From the IMG/VR virus record IMGVR_UViG_3300027844_001828, positions 124,001 through 188,000 of that record: a stretch of DNA of 64,000 nucleotides; one strand, given 5' to 3'. The notes beneath the pieces are model-generated. The model was given only the letters and a program-made list of their open reading frames with translations, made no database searches and was not told the DNA's origin. A program made the position numbers and the translations under genes. This document shows, in pieces, positions 10,140 to 20,351 of the stretch (the first letter of the stretch is position 1; each line of letters starts with the position of its first letter).

Positions 10140-13100
10140 ATGCCCACAATTAAAACAATCAAGCCAGGTGGTGGTGGTGATTATACCACACTCCAAACCT
10201 GGGAAAGCTGGGCTGACGGCCAGGGGTCGGCGGATCAATGGGCCGAGTGTTATGATGGTGGAGATCTTGGCGAAGTAACTGTTCAATCTTGGACAGCAAC
10301 TCCTTCGCCAACTTTATATCCAAGAATATATGTAGCCGAAGGCGAAGGCCATGATGGTACAGCCGCGAGTGGTGGTGCGTATATAAATCATGATGGCTCT
10401 CAGATGACTATGTCTGAGAATTACACTCGTGTTGAAGGCCTTAGAATAGTATCTTCAATAAATGGCCGTACCATGAGTCTTGCCGGTGACGGTGGGCAAA
10501 TTTTGGATGGCTGTTTAATAATCAATGATTATGGCTCTTCCGATTCGTGGTCTGATATTTATTGTTCTGGCGTTAGAACGATACCTGTAATCGTAAGAAA
10601 CAACATTATCTATGGTAAAGATGCCACCCGTTTTGGAATATACTTTTATTCCAATGAGGCTTCCATTGATCATTATTGCGAAATCTATAACAACACAGTA
10701 GATGGCTGTCATAATTATGGAATACAAGTAAGATCAGCTGGTGCAACAGGATGGACAGCTATTGTCGAAAACAATATCTGCACAACAAACTCTACTGACT
10801 TTAGATGGTTAGTTGGGGTTATTAATGTAACCGCGAATAATAACTGTTCTGATGATGCCACCGCTGATGATCATGGTGGAACAGGAAATATAATAAATCA
10901 GACCCCGTCTGATATCTATGTTGATGAAGCTACCGACTTCAATCTTATAGAAGGGTCTCCTTGTAGAAAAACAGGTAAAGATCTAAGCGCCGATTTCACA
11001 TTAGATGGTATTGACAACACTCATGGTGGTGTTGAGGGCACATGGGACATGGGTGCCCTTGCTAAAGACGGTAATATCAAAACCATCAAACCCGCTGGTG
11101 GCGGGGATTACACTACCCTCCAGACTTGGGAAGATTTTGCAGACGATCAGACCGATGCGGATCAATGGGCAGAGTGTTATGACGGTGGGGATCTCGGAGA
11201 GGTAGTGTTTTCCGCCTGGACCGCCACAGAAGATGATGTATTCTACCCAAGAATATATACCCCAATAGCAGAGAGGCACATTGGCCAAGACGATGGCATA
11301 GCTGGTGCTGGTACTGGTGCATATATTGACAATAGCTCGGCGACCGCCAATGCTATTGATAACGCTACCGTAAAATATCTCAGTATTGAAGGTTTGAGGA
11401 TTGAAAAATCTGGAAGCACAGGTGAAAACGTTGATGTAATATCTTTTGATGGTGGAGATACGGGTGAAGGTTGTGTTGTTGACAGCAACCTTATTCTCTG
11501 GAGAAACACTGTAAGTGGAACAGCGAGTTTGATCGCTATCTCAGCAGCAGCTGCGAGTGGTGACAAAGCGACGATTCAGAATAACATTTGTGTTTGCGAA
11601 ACGGTCACGGAGAATTGTGATTACGGAATAAACTTTAGCAATGCCAACATAGATGTTGATGTTTACAACAACACTGTTGTGAAAGCCGATCTATATGGAA
11701 TATTAATAGATCATGATAGTGGTGCAAAAACTTCTATTACAGAAAACAACGCAGTGTTTGGATCGGGAACATTGGATATTGATTGGGTCAATGGTGGGTC
11801 TGCAACCAAGACAAGCAATAACAATATCACGGGTGATGCCTCAGCAGATGACGAAAGTGGAACTGGTCATTTAATAAGCAAGACAGCTACTGATCAGTTT
11901 GTTGATTATGATGACAATTGGAACTTAAAATATACAGCTGACGCTTTTGATGCTGGTAAAACAATATCAGCATTTGATTGGGACGCTCTTCATCTTGATA
12001 GTGATGATTGGCGTCCGAGGCCATTTGGTGGGGCATGGGACATGGGAGCTATGGAAGCCTCATCTTGCTCATCCTCATCCTCATCTTCCTCTTGCTCATC
12101 CTCATGTAGCTCTTCATCTTCCTCTGGAGTTTTCACCCCAGAAATTAAAACTGTAAAGCCTGATGGCGGTGGTGATTATACCACCTTGGCGCTTTGGGAA
12201 GACTATGCAGATGGACAAGCAAGCGCCCATCAATGGGCAGAGTGTTACGATGGTGTGGCAGATTTGGGACAGGTTGCTATTTTATCCTGGACAGCGACAT
12301 CAACAGCTTCTCAATACCCAAAGATTTACACTCCATTGGCAGAGAGACATGATGGAACAATAAATAGTTCTGGAGCTTGGATCGACCTTGATGCCTATGT
12401 TGACGGCGTTGCTATTTATGAAGAGTATACGAGAGTTGAGGGGATAAGATTCCATGGCGCGATAAATTCCACTGAGGGGATTTATTCTACAGTCGGCGGA
12501 TGTAGATTTGATAGTAATCTGTTTTATAGCCCATTACAGAATTATGCCGCTGCTATATATATGAGTGGATATAATGTCACCTACGTTGGGACAACATATA
12601 TTAGAAACAATTTAATTTATTCAGAATTTAATGATGGGATTTGGATAACTTTACAATCCACATCAGGAAGCCATACTCATGAAGTTGTCATTCAAAACAA
12701 CACTATTGATGGCTCTACAAATTATGGTATTTATGTCGCGGAGATAAATAGTGGCGGAGGCCCCGAAATAACTCTTACCATTGAAAATAACATTGCCACA
12801 ACATCAGGCATTAGTGATTTTGTAACGACGATTACAACTGGAACACTCAATGCGAATAATAACCTTAGTGAAGACGCAACAGCAGATGATGATGGTGGCT
12901 CTGACCACTTAATAAGTCAGAGCACAACTGGTCTTTATAAGATATTAGGTGTAGACCATAGATTGAGACCTGGTGGGGAAATCCCGAAGTCACCATCAGT
13001 TGCCATTGATGCTGGTAAAACAATATCAGCGTTTGATCATGACGCCTTGCATTTAGCCGCAGATGATTGGAGGCCACAAGGTGCATCCTGGGACATGGGT

Positions 13101-14228
13101 GCTTTAGAAGTTGTGATAGGTTCGTCTTCATGCTCATGCTCCTCATCTTCATGTTCATGCTCATCTTGTTCTTCATCTAATAATGGAACGCCAACTATAA
13201 AGACCATAAAGCCTGATGGCGGAGGAGATTATACTACTCTGGCTCTTTGGGAAGACTATGCAGATGGACAGAGTTTTGCAGATCAATGGGCTGAGTGTTA
13301 CGATGGTGTGGCAGACTTGGGAACGGTTCTTTTATCTAGCTGGGCATCAACTCCAACGGTAGATAGATACCCAAGAATTTATACGCCATTAGCTGAAAGG
13401 CATGATGGTATACATGATGGTCCGGGAGCTTGGATTGATCATACTTCTGGCAATGCAATTAATATAAGCACTGGCCTCGATTATTTTCGAGTTGAAGGAA
13501 TTAGGATCGCAATGAATGGCGGCTCTATCGCGATCCTCATTGTGGCAGATAATGTAACTATTGACAGTTGTTTTGTTGATAGTGATGCGTCTACAGGGTA
13601 CGGATATGGAATATATTCTTACAATAGTGTTGGAACCAGGACGATAAATATTATAAATAATATATTCTTTGGCCCAAGATTTTACTATGGTTGGTACATT
13701 ATTTCTAATGCTTTTTCTGGTACAGTCACCACTAATTTAAACTGCTATAATAATACCATAGATGGCTCCAATGGATATGGCACATATCTTTATGAAAGAA
13801 GTTTTTATAGTGGGACGAGTTATCTAAATATTGAAATAGAAAACAACATCATAACCAATTCACCGACAGCCGACTTCTATCTTAATGTTACAAATGGAAC
13901 AATAAATTCAAACAACAATATCAGTGAAGATGTAACAGCAGATGATCAGGGCGGTACTGATAATCTAATCAGTCAAACACCATCTGATATATTTGTAGCC
14001 GAAGGAACTAACCATAGATTAAAAGCTGGTGGTCCAGCTATTGACGCCGGTAAGACAATAGGAACATTTGATTGGGATGCATTCCACGTCGATGCCGATG
14101 ATTACAGACCAGCCGGTGGAACTTGGGATATGGGTGCCATAGAGTCCTCATCTTCATCGTCATCCTCATCTTCAGATGCTGGCGGTGTTGTCACTGGATA
14201 TCTTAACTGCATGTCTAAAATGTGGTAG
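10140..14228 (+). CDS. large adhesin/tailspike-like protein with four tandem beta-helix modules and Ser/Cys linkers
   Basis: Four copies of KTxKPxGGGDYTTL...QWAECYDG..DLG ... WDMGA; linkers such as SSCSSSSSSSSCSSSCSSSSSS. Confidence 0.8.
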   Translation: MPTIKTIKPGGGGDYTTLQTWESWADGQGSADQWAECYDGGDLGEVTVQSWTATPSPTLYPRIYVAEGEGHDGTAASGGAYINHDGSQMTMSENYTRVEGLRIVSSINGRTMSLAGDGGQILDGCLIINDYGSSDSWSDIYCSGVRTIPVIVRNNIIYGKDATRFGIYFYSNEASIDHYCEIYNNTVDGCHNYGIQVRSAGATGWTAIVENNICTTNSTDFRWLVGVINVTANNNCSDDATADDHGGTGNIINQTPSDIYVDEATDFNLIEGSPCRKTGKDLSADFTLDGIDNTHGGVEGTWDMGALAKDGNIKTIKPAGGGDYTTLQTWEDFADDQTDADQWAECYDGGDLGEVVFSAWTATEDDVFYPRIYTPIAERHIGQDDGIAGAGTGAYIDNSSATANAIDNATVKYLSIEGLRIEKSGSTGENVDVISFDGGDTGEGCVVDSNLILWRNTVSGTASLIAISAAAASGDKATIQNNICVCETVTENCDYGINFSNANIDVDVYNNTVVKADLYGILIDHDSGAKTSITENNAVFGSGTLDIDWVNGGSATKTSNNNITGDASADDESGTGHLISKTATDQFVDYDDNWNLKYTADAFDAGKTISAFDWDALHLDSDDWRPRPFGGAWDMGAMEASSCSSSSSSSSCSSSCSSSSSSGVFTPEIKTVKPDGGGDYTTLALWEDYADGQASAHQWAECYDGVADLGQVAILSWTATSTASQYPKIYTPLAERHDGTINSSGAWIDLDAYVDGVAIYEEYTRVEGIRFHGAINSTEGIYSTVGGCRFDSNLFYSPLQNYAAAIYMSGYNVTYVGTTYIRNNLIYSEFNDGIWITLQSTSGSHTHEVVIQNNTIDGSTNYGIYVAEINSGGGPEITLTIENNIATTSGISDFVTTITTGTLNANNNLSEDATADDDGGSDHLISQSTTGLYKILGVDHRLRPGGEIPKSPSVAIDAGKTISAFDHDALHLAADDWRPQGASWDMGALEVVIGSSSCSCSSSSCSCSSCSSSNNGTPTIKTIKPDGGGDYTTLALWEDYADGQSFADQWAECYDGVADLGTVLLSSWASTPTVDRYPRIYTPLAERHDGIHDGPGAWIDHTSGNAINISTGLDYFRVEGIRIAMNGGSIAILIVADNVTIDSCFVDSDASTGYGYGIYSYNSVGTRTINIINNIFFGPRFYYGWYIISNAFSGTVTTNLNCYNNTIDGSNGYGTYLYERSFYSGTSYLNIEIENNIITNSPTADFYLNVTNGTINSNNNISEDVTADDQGGTDNLISQTPSDIFVAEGTNHRLKAGGPAIDAGKTIGTFDWDAFHVDADDYRPAGGTWDMGAIESSSSSSSSSSDAGGVVTGYLNCMSKMW

Positions 14229-14269
14229 TGGTGTGAATTAACTCACCACAAAAATATTCTCAAACCCCT

Positions 14270-14297
14270 TGAATAACGCAGATTATGTGTTATATTT
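14270..14297 (+). promoter_or_regulatory. sigma70-like promoter (TTGAAT-N16-TATATT)
   Basis: Direct reading; extended -10 TG present. Confidence 0.5.
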
Positions 14298-14312
14298 TTT
14301 GTTGTTGTCCAT

Positions 14313-14726
14313 TTGAAATGGAAGTGTAACGTTCCGAGAGAGACTTTTGAGATTCAATTCGGAGATATCAATCTTGAAGTTTTTAGAACGAATCACATCC
14401 CTGACTCATCTGTCGATTGGACAACAGCTTTCGCGATCTATGGCGTATTGATTAATGGAAGAGTTTTGCATCCAGTGGATACACAATTTAATCCTAATTT
14501 AATTAATTATTACTATAACAACTATAATATTGAACATATTTTTCACGACGTTCAATTTTTTCCAGGAGCGGTTCATGCCCCTCTTGAAGATTTGAAGACG
14601 TTGCCAGATGACATTAAAGCAAAGATGTCACTTGTTCATTATTCTGATAATTATGAGGAACAAGACATCACTGGATTTTACGGATGGACCAAGCAAGGAG
14701 TTAGCTACGTGTTTGAGAAGGATTAG
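14313..14726 (+). pseudogene. C-terminal half of an MBL-fold metallo-hydrolase (5'-truncated)
   Basis: TNHIPD, DTQF, IFHDVQ, VHAPLEDL, LVHYSD motifs; no N-terminal HxHxDH in ORF or upstream; TTG start. Confidence 0.6.
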
Positions 14727-15928
14727 CCTCTGGTTAATTCTTCCACTTCACCCTTAAGATCTTCTTTGGTAACAGACATGTCGCATGCAAGCCACATGTC
14801 AATGAAATCACTTTCGGCATAATTGTATGAGACATATCCATATCCGTCATTACCCCAACGGGAGCCCCATGAGTTCTTGAACTTGAATAGTTTCTTTTTC
14901 TCGTCGTATCCAACGACACAAACTGCATGGCCACCAATTGATTTCTCACCAGGATTCCTATCTGGGACAATTCCATCCCTGTTAGTATAGAAAATTCCAT
15001 AATAGACGCGCATTCCAATAATTACTGGTCCGCATTCTTTTAAGGCGATCTTTAAGTCATCAATATTGGCGATTCTTTCATAAGACTTGATTCTTCCCCA
15101 TCTAGCAATCAAGTGAGCCCATGACTCTGGCTCACCGACTTCAACATCGCTGTATGGCCACGCTTCTTCAGTTGGGACTCCAATCTTGCTTAATACTTTC
15201 ATAGCGACTCTAATAGACGTTCCTTCACTATTAGGCCATCTATCAATTTTCTTGCAGTTGTAATAAATCCATTGTTCAGAAAGATCGTAATGGGTTTTCT
15301 CTCTTTGATCCCTTTTACCGGCGGCGACTTCATCAACGTGCTCTTTTTGCTCTTGCCATTCTTTCATGGATGCCGCCGCGAATGCTACACAGCTACCGAG
15401 TTTTCCTTGAGACTTGACTGGTGACATTTCATTCTCGTAATCATATCCGTTAATATTTTGGCTGGTTCCGAATTCGAATACATAATCTCTATCATCCTTT
15501 TCATCAAATTGAAGGTTCAAAGGAAAGTCCATGTTTAATTCCATTGGAGCATCGGAGCTTGAATAGCTGCTGCTTGAATAGCTAACCCAACTTGAACATG
15601 AAGATGAAGAGGATGATTCGACAAATTCATCTGGTGGGTTATCAGAGTCTTCTTTATATCTTGCGATTCTCCATAATTTATCTGCTGTTATTTGGGTATC
15701 TACATAACCCATTCCGCCCTGTGCAAGAAGAGCGACAATTGCCTCTTTCCATAATTGCGCCTCAGCATTAGATATTAGTATCCCACCAATATTAAGCATT
15801 TCATAATTGAACACTATCTTACCCTCATCCTCAAGATTTTGGATCACCAGAAGGATCTCTTCGTCAGTAGCGGCCTGATCGACTGTTGTGTTCTCATCGG
15901 CTAACAAGGCCATTGTGTCAAGTATCAT
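14723..15928 (-). CDS. papain-like (C1A) cysteine peptidase with unknown N-terminal domain and Ser-rich linker
   Basis: SQGKLGSCVAFA (catalytic Cys), GGHAVCVVGYD (His), KNSWGSRWG.DGYG (Asn). Confidence 0.9.
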   Translation of the reverse strand: MILDTMALLADENTTVDQAATDEEILLVIQNLEDEGKIVFNYEMLNIGGILISNAEAQLWKEAIVALLAQGGMGYVDTQITADKLWRIARYKEDSDNPPDEFVESSSSSSCSSWVSYSSSSYSSSDAPMELNMDFPLNLQFDEKDDRDYVFEFGTSQNINGYDYENEMSPVKSQGKLGSCVAFAAASMKEWQEQKEHVDEVAAGKRDQREKTHYDLSEQWIYYNCKKIDRWPNSEGTSIRVAMKVLSKIGVPTEEAWPYSDVEVGEPESWAHLIARWGRIKSYERIANIDDLKIALKECGPVIIGMRVYYGIFYTNRDGIVPDRNPGEKSIGGHAVCVVGYDEKKKLFKFKNSWGSRWGNDGYGYVSYNYAESDFIDMWLACDMSVTKEDLKGEVEELTRG

Positions 15929-16006
15929 GATTTTACCAATTGATATATTGAAATTAATGCATATTCTTTATTTCTTGATAATTTCCGATTTATCCTATGT
16001 CAGAGG

Positions 16007-16034
16007 TTGAAAAACTCGTGGTATCATGTATATT
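16007..16034 (+). promoter_or_regulatory. sigma70-like promoter (TTGAAA-N16-TATATT)
   Basis: Direct reading, divergent from the C1A gene. Confidence 0.5.
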
Positions 16035-16082
16035 GTGGGGTATGTACTACACGACTTATAAAAACTAATTTAGGAGAGCATT

Positions 16083-16256
16083 ATGCCAGAACAAGCGGAG
16101 TTCGATTTCGGTGAGGCCAGGTATAGGATTGTTGGAGTAGTTCTAAAAAAGAACGACAAGACAATGTATGTCGAAGCCACATTGCCAGAAGATTTTGGCG
16201 GCAAGACAGTCAAGATGAAGAGGCATATCGTTAAGCATAACGTTGTCATTGTATGA
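16083..16256 (+). CDS. small hypothetical protein (57 aa; not in ORF track)
   Basis: AGGAGAG RBS, ATG 16083, TGA overlapping next ATG (ATGA). Confidence 0.6.
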   Translation: MPEQAEFDFGEARYRIVGVVLKKNDKTMYVEATLPEDFGGKTVKMKRHIVKHNVVIV

Positions 16257-16696
16257 ACTTGTATGAGATCCATGACTACTGTGAAGAGCCATGGTCAAAT
16301 AAAGTGCGTTCTTACTGGAAATTCATAAGTGGAGAAGTTTGCCATGTCCTGACCGGGAAAACATATGGTAAAATATTTCTGCTACCATTGAAGCTTGATG
16401 GTGTCACTCATCATGGGCTACTATTTGAAAGACCAATAATTTTGCCAAAAGAGAGAAATATACTTTGGCATGAAAGGGGCCATGTCGTTGTTGGAAAGCA
16501 AGTTAGCTCGACTATGGATGAGTATTTCGCCGATGAATGGGCGATCAATGAGTGTCTTGAGAGAGGTTTTAATTTGATTGCTAAAGAAATAATATTGCGC
16601 TGTAAACACTGGTTATCAGTTGATAATCTACCCGTAGAATATAAAGATTCTGGAAGAATGATCGTTAAAAAATTCTCACAATATTTGACTGTATGA
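16253..16696 (+). CDS. HExxH zincin-like metallopeptidase-domain protein
   Basis: LWHERGHV followed by EYFADEWA. Confidence 0.5.
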   Translation: MNLYEIHDYCEEPWSNKVRSYWKFISGEVCHVLTGKTYGKIFLLPLKLDGVTHHGLLFERPIILPKERNILWHERGHVVVGKQVSSTMDEYFADEWAINECLERGFNLIAKEIILRCKHWLSVDNLPVEYKDSGRMIVKKFSQYLTV

Positions 16697-16754
16697 AAAA
16701 TGCATGTATAGTATGTTGTCCAAAGAACTAAATACTTAAAACACGGTTAATACT

Positions 16755-17384
16755 ATGACCAAGAAACCTTTATCCAGCAGAAGATGTCTCGTCCTTAACG
16801 CTTCATGGTTTCCTATAGCCATCGAGCCTCTTGTGAGATCTTTTCGTAAAATCATAAATGGCCACGCCTCAATTATTTATGAAGAAGAGTATGAAGGCAG
16901 TGCCTACTACCAGAACTTTTCTTTCGACGAATGGTTGGTTAAAGGTGTGGGTCCAGACAAGCCCTTCACCAGCACCAGACACTTAGATATTGAGCTTCCA
17001 GAAATCATTCAGAAGCCATATAGCAAGTTTCACGTGCAAAAGCTTCCTTTGCGGGCGAAAAATATTTTTGCCAGAGATGGATGGAAATGTTGGTATTGTG
17101 GAGAGAGAGGTAATCTCACCATGGACCACATTTATCCTAAAAGCAAAGGCGGGAAGGGCGGATGGAAGAATCTTATCGCTGCATGTAAGCCATGCAACAA
17201 TAAGAAGGGAGATATTTTTGCCGAGGAATTCTGCAAGTCAATAGACTGCCCTGTTCCCACACCAATTAATGCGTCATCCTATCCTTGGCTCAAAGATCTT
17301 GGAAAGAGCTATCCAAAATCCTGGGACAAATGGTTGACGGATCACGGAATAGGTCTCAACACCCATAGTGGAGATAAAAAATGA
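16755..17384 (+). CDS. HNH endonuclease (McrA-like)
   Basis: IFARDGWKCWYCG, TMDHIYPKSKGG, WKNLIAACKPCNNKKG; promoter TTGACT-N16-TATAGT at 16685-16712. Confidence 0.9.
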   Translation: MTKKPLSSRRCLVLNASWFPIAIEPLVRSFRKIINGHASIIYEEEYEGSAYYQNFSFDEWLVKGVGPDKPFTSTRHLDIELPEIIQKPYSKFHVQKLPLRAKNIFARDGWKCWYCGERGNLTMDHIYPKSKGGKGGWKNLIAACKPCNNKKGDIFAEEFCKSIDCPVPTPINASSYPWLKDLGKSYPKSWDKWLTDHGIGLNTHSGDKK

Positions 17385-17890
17385 CTTGCAATGATTGTAG
17401 GAATGAAATAAACGAACACCCCTTCCATATATTGAAATGTATAGTTGGGAATCTATTGGGGGATTTATTCTTGTGTCCCGGATGTTTTTTCATAAGAACC
17501 GCCGGTGAGGCAGAAATCATTGGATCTATGGGCGATGACATCATTGTATACAATGAGGGTATGAGCGCTATCGCGAAAGAGTTTTACGAGGTGCCATGCC
17601 CGAATTGTAGCACCAGCCTTAATGATATTAACACTAACGGTCTCTTCGGGTGTGAAGAATGTTATGTTAATTTTTGTGAAATGATAAACATTGCAGAAGC
17701 GAAGGGCTGTCAAAAGATTAAAAAAGACAAGCCCAAGAACATTGATAACAATTTTGAGGGCAACAAGGATGAGGCCCGCAAAAGGGTCTTGAAACAACAG
17801 CTTAAGCAGGCTGAAGAAAAAGAAAATTATGAGAAGTGCGCCGAGATAAGAGACGAATTAGCAAAAATTGATCAAGAGGGAAAACAATGA
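17381..17890 (+). CDS. mcsA: McsA-like protein (CxxC zinc motifs + C-terminal UVR domain)
   Basis: CNDC, CPGC, CPNC, GCEECY; LKQQLKQAEEKENYEKCAEIRDEL; adjacent to McsB-like gene. Confidence 0.8.
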   Translation: MTCNDCRNEINEHPFHILKCIVGNLLGDLFLCPGCFFIRTAGEAEIIGSMGDDIIVYNEGMSAIAKEFYEVPCPNCSTSLNDINTNGLFGCEECYVNFCEMINIAEAKGCQKIKKDKPKNIDNNFEGNKDEARKRVLKQQLKQAEEKENYEKCAEIRDELAKIDQEGKQ

Positions 17891-18945
17891 TTAAGGGAAT
17901 AAATGTTGATAAGCTTTTGAAGGGCGTCCCTATATGGTTGAGAAACGACTCAACTGTCAAGGAAAAATCCATAGTTCTACATAGAAATATTAAGGGGATA
18001 AAGTTCCCTCACATGGCTAGCGAGAAAGAACTCCAATCAGTTTGCGCCATGGTCGCAAAAAGAATGATGGGATTGGAAGAGTTCAATGCTTGGGAATTTG
18101 ATTTGGTTTCGTCAATAAAGAAATTAAATCGGTATATTTTGTATGAGAACAAAGTCGCAGATGAGGCTATCATACCAGTTGGAACTGATATGAATGAGCT
18201 TCCAATGGCGCTCTTTGTTAACGAAGACGGATCTCAGTCGGTATTCGTCAACTCACAAGACCATATTGAGGTGCGAGTCAAAAGCGACAAGTTGGGACTT
18301 CAAGAGTTGTTGGCGAGAGGTCACTCAATTCTTGAGAGCTTGGGATTCGATTATGCAAAGGTCGATCCATTTGGTTATGTAACAGCAAGCCCGGCTTTGA
18401 TGACCCTTGGCATGGAAGCGCAGATATTCACGCACATTCCTGGGATAATTATATCAGAAAGGAACGAAGACTTGGAAAATTTGTTGGAAAACAATAAATT
18501 AGTCGCTTCAGGTTTTTTCGGGCACAATACTCATTTCACTTGCAACTTCTATACTTTTGCAAACCAGCATATAGCAATGAGATCAGAAGAAGAGATTGCC
18601 AATACCTTAGTAGGCGTTTCGAAAAGAATTGAGGCTCTTGAAGAAGAGTGCAGGGAGGAATATGACATCGAAGATCTTAAGGACATAGTCGCTCGATCAT
18701 GGGGAACATTGAATTATGCCAATAAGGTAGACTTAATGGAATCGATAGTCGGGCTCAGTCATTTACTTATGGGCACGGAGTTAGGTCTTTTGAAAAACGT
18801 TTCAAAAGAAAAAACAAAACAAGCCTTGTCAGATGTCTTTCATTATAAAATATTAAAGCGGCATAAATGTCCACCAGACAATGTTGATTTTATTCGAGCG
18901 AAGGGGATCAAGAAAACCTTAAATGGAAAGAGGGAAGCGAATTGA
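17887..18945 (+). CDS. mcsB: McsB-like ATP:guanido phosphotransferase fold, catalytic residues degenerate
   Basis: LHRNIKGIKFP, FVNSQDHIE, GYVTASP, THIPG, ANQ...SEEEI, RSWGTL collinear with McsB; NEED, Cys and ATP-binding Arg residues replaced. Confidence 0.8.
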   Translation: MIKGINVDKLLKGVPIWLRNDSTVKEKSIVLHRNIKGIKFPHMASEKELQSVCAMVAKRMMGLEEFNAWEFDLVSSIKKLNRYILYENKVADEAIIPVGTDMNELPMALFVNEDGSQSVFVNSQDHIEVRVKSDKLGLQELLARGHSILESLGFDYAKVDPFGYVTASPALMTLGMEAQIFTHIPGIIISERNEDLENLLENNKLVASGFFGHNTHFTCNFYTFANQHIAMRSEEEIANTLVGVSKRIEALEEECREEYDIEDLKDIVARSWGTLNYANKVDLMESIVGLSHLLMGTELGLLKNVSKEKTKQALSDVFHYKILKRHKCPPDNVDFIRAKGIKKTLNGKREAN

Positions 18946-20042
18946 GCGAGACTACGACTACCACCAGAAAGGCGAGAGCTAAAAAATCAACCGGACCTAT
19001 TGATATGAATACATCAATTGATAAGATCGTTCCATTGTTTAAGAGCAAGGAACCAAAGGCAGCTATATTTATGCATCAGACCCCAGACCCAGACGCTATT
19101 GGATCAGCAGTGGGTCTCCAATATCTCCTTAAGCATAAATACAAGGTCGAAAGCGATATATTTTATGCTGGCGAGGTTTCGCATAGACAGAATCAAACAT
19201 TGATGAATGTATTGTCATTTTCATTCTATGGACCAGATCATTATGGGAAAAATAAAAAATCATATGACGCAGGGATCTGTGTTGATTGCAACCCGTCGAA
19301 TGTATTTATTGAGGGCGTCGATGACAGCACTATTGACTTGGTCATTGATCACCACAAAATAGAAACATCAAATAACAGTGTTGTGTATGATGTTAGGAAT
19401 TGCGGATCATGTGCCACTATCATTGCTGATTTAATGAGAGAGATAGATTGTCTCCCGAAAGGCGACGAAGGAAAGACTGTAGCTACCGCTATGATCGTTG
19501 GGATGCGAACAGACACAAATGATTTATTGTCGGCAAATATGACAGACCTTGATTTCGACGCCTACAAAAACATATTAGCTCTTGCAGACGGTCAAAAGAT
19601 CACAATGATTGTGAATTACCCCAAGGCATCTTATTACTTCGAACTTCTCAGTAAGGTGATTGCAGAGAGTACAATAAAGAATACAACCTACATAGCATCT
19701 GTTGGATTGATTTCCGAGGCTAAACGCGATGTTCTTCCATCTATTGCTGACGAAATTGTCAGAATGGAAGGAATCTCAACCTCAATCATATTTGGCATAG
19801 TGAACGATAGGATATCTGTTAGTGTAAGAAGTGAAGACGTAACACTTGATGTGAACGCTTTTTGCAAGAAGATATTTGGAGATGAGTTCTCAGGTGGAAA
19901 ATATGGGTCTGGTGGAGCAAGCATTCCACTTGGATTCTTTGGAGGGATAGCTTCTGAACCGGATGCTGTAAAAGACAAGACGGTAGATGCTATCAAAACA
20001 AAATTAACACATATCATTGAGAAAGAAGTCACAAGTGAGTAA
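18942..20042 (+). CDS. DHH/DHHA1 family phosphoesterase
   Basis: HQTPDPDAIGS, ICVD, VIDHH, GSCATI, DT.D, GGK.GSGG. Confidence 0.88.
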   Translation: MSETTTTTRKARAKKSTGPIDMNTSIDKIVPLFKSKEPKAAIFMHQTPDPDAIGSAVGLQYLLKHKYKVESDIFYAGEVSHRQNQTLMNVLSFSFYGPDHYGKNKKSYDAGICVDCNPSNVFIEGVDDSTIDLVIDHHKIETSNNSVVYDVRNCGSCATIIADLMREIDCLPKGDEGKTVATAMIVGMRTDTNDLLSANMTDLDFDAYKNILALADGQKITMIVNYPKASYYFELLSKVIAESTIKNTTYIASVGLISEAKRDVLPSIADEIVRMEGISTSIIFGIVNDRISVSVRSEDVTLDVNAFCKKIFGDEFSGGKYGSGGASIPLGFFGGIASEPDAVKDKTVDAIKTKLTHIIEKEVTSE

Positions 20043-20044
20043 CA

Positions 20045-20344
20045 ATGGCGAATTATTTTAAAACGAAAAGACTAAAGAAGCATATAGCAACACTTCATAA
20101 TAAACGTATCATTCATACTGATCACCTCGGAGTTCCAGGTGTAGATGCTGATAGATTTGCTTCTTATGTAATGACTAAGATTAGACCCGATGACATCGAC
20201 GATTTGACAGACGCAACAATAGCATTTATTTCAAATGTGAGAATGAATAAATCATTTGAAGATATAAGGCATAAAGCTATTGTTGCCAAGTTGTCGGAAG
20301 TTTCAGTTGAAATAGATTTAACAACCACTACAAAAAAGGCGTAG
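20045..20344 (+). CDS. hypothetical protein
   Basis: ORF tightly packed between DHH and nrdJ. Confidence 0.65.
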   Translation: MANYFKTKRLKKHIATLHNKRIIHTDHLGVPGVDADRFASYVMTKIRPDDIDDLTDATIAFISNVRMNKSFEDIRHKAIVAKLSEVSVEIDLTTTTKKA

Positions 20345-20351
20345 AAGGATT

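Noticed and set aside
6361-14228. Diversity-generating retroelement (TR/VR) or CRISPR array in the repeated fibre modules
   Set aside because: Repeats are in-frame coding module ends, differences are not adenine-specific, there is no regular repeat-spacer period, and no reverse transcriptase or cas gene is in the window
14228-14255. Terminator hairpin GTGGTG…CACCAC after the fibre gene
   Set aside because: Followed by an A-tract rather than a U-tract on + and wrongly oriented for -; weak stem
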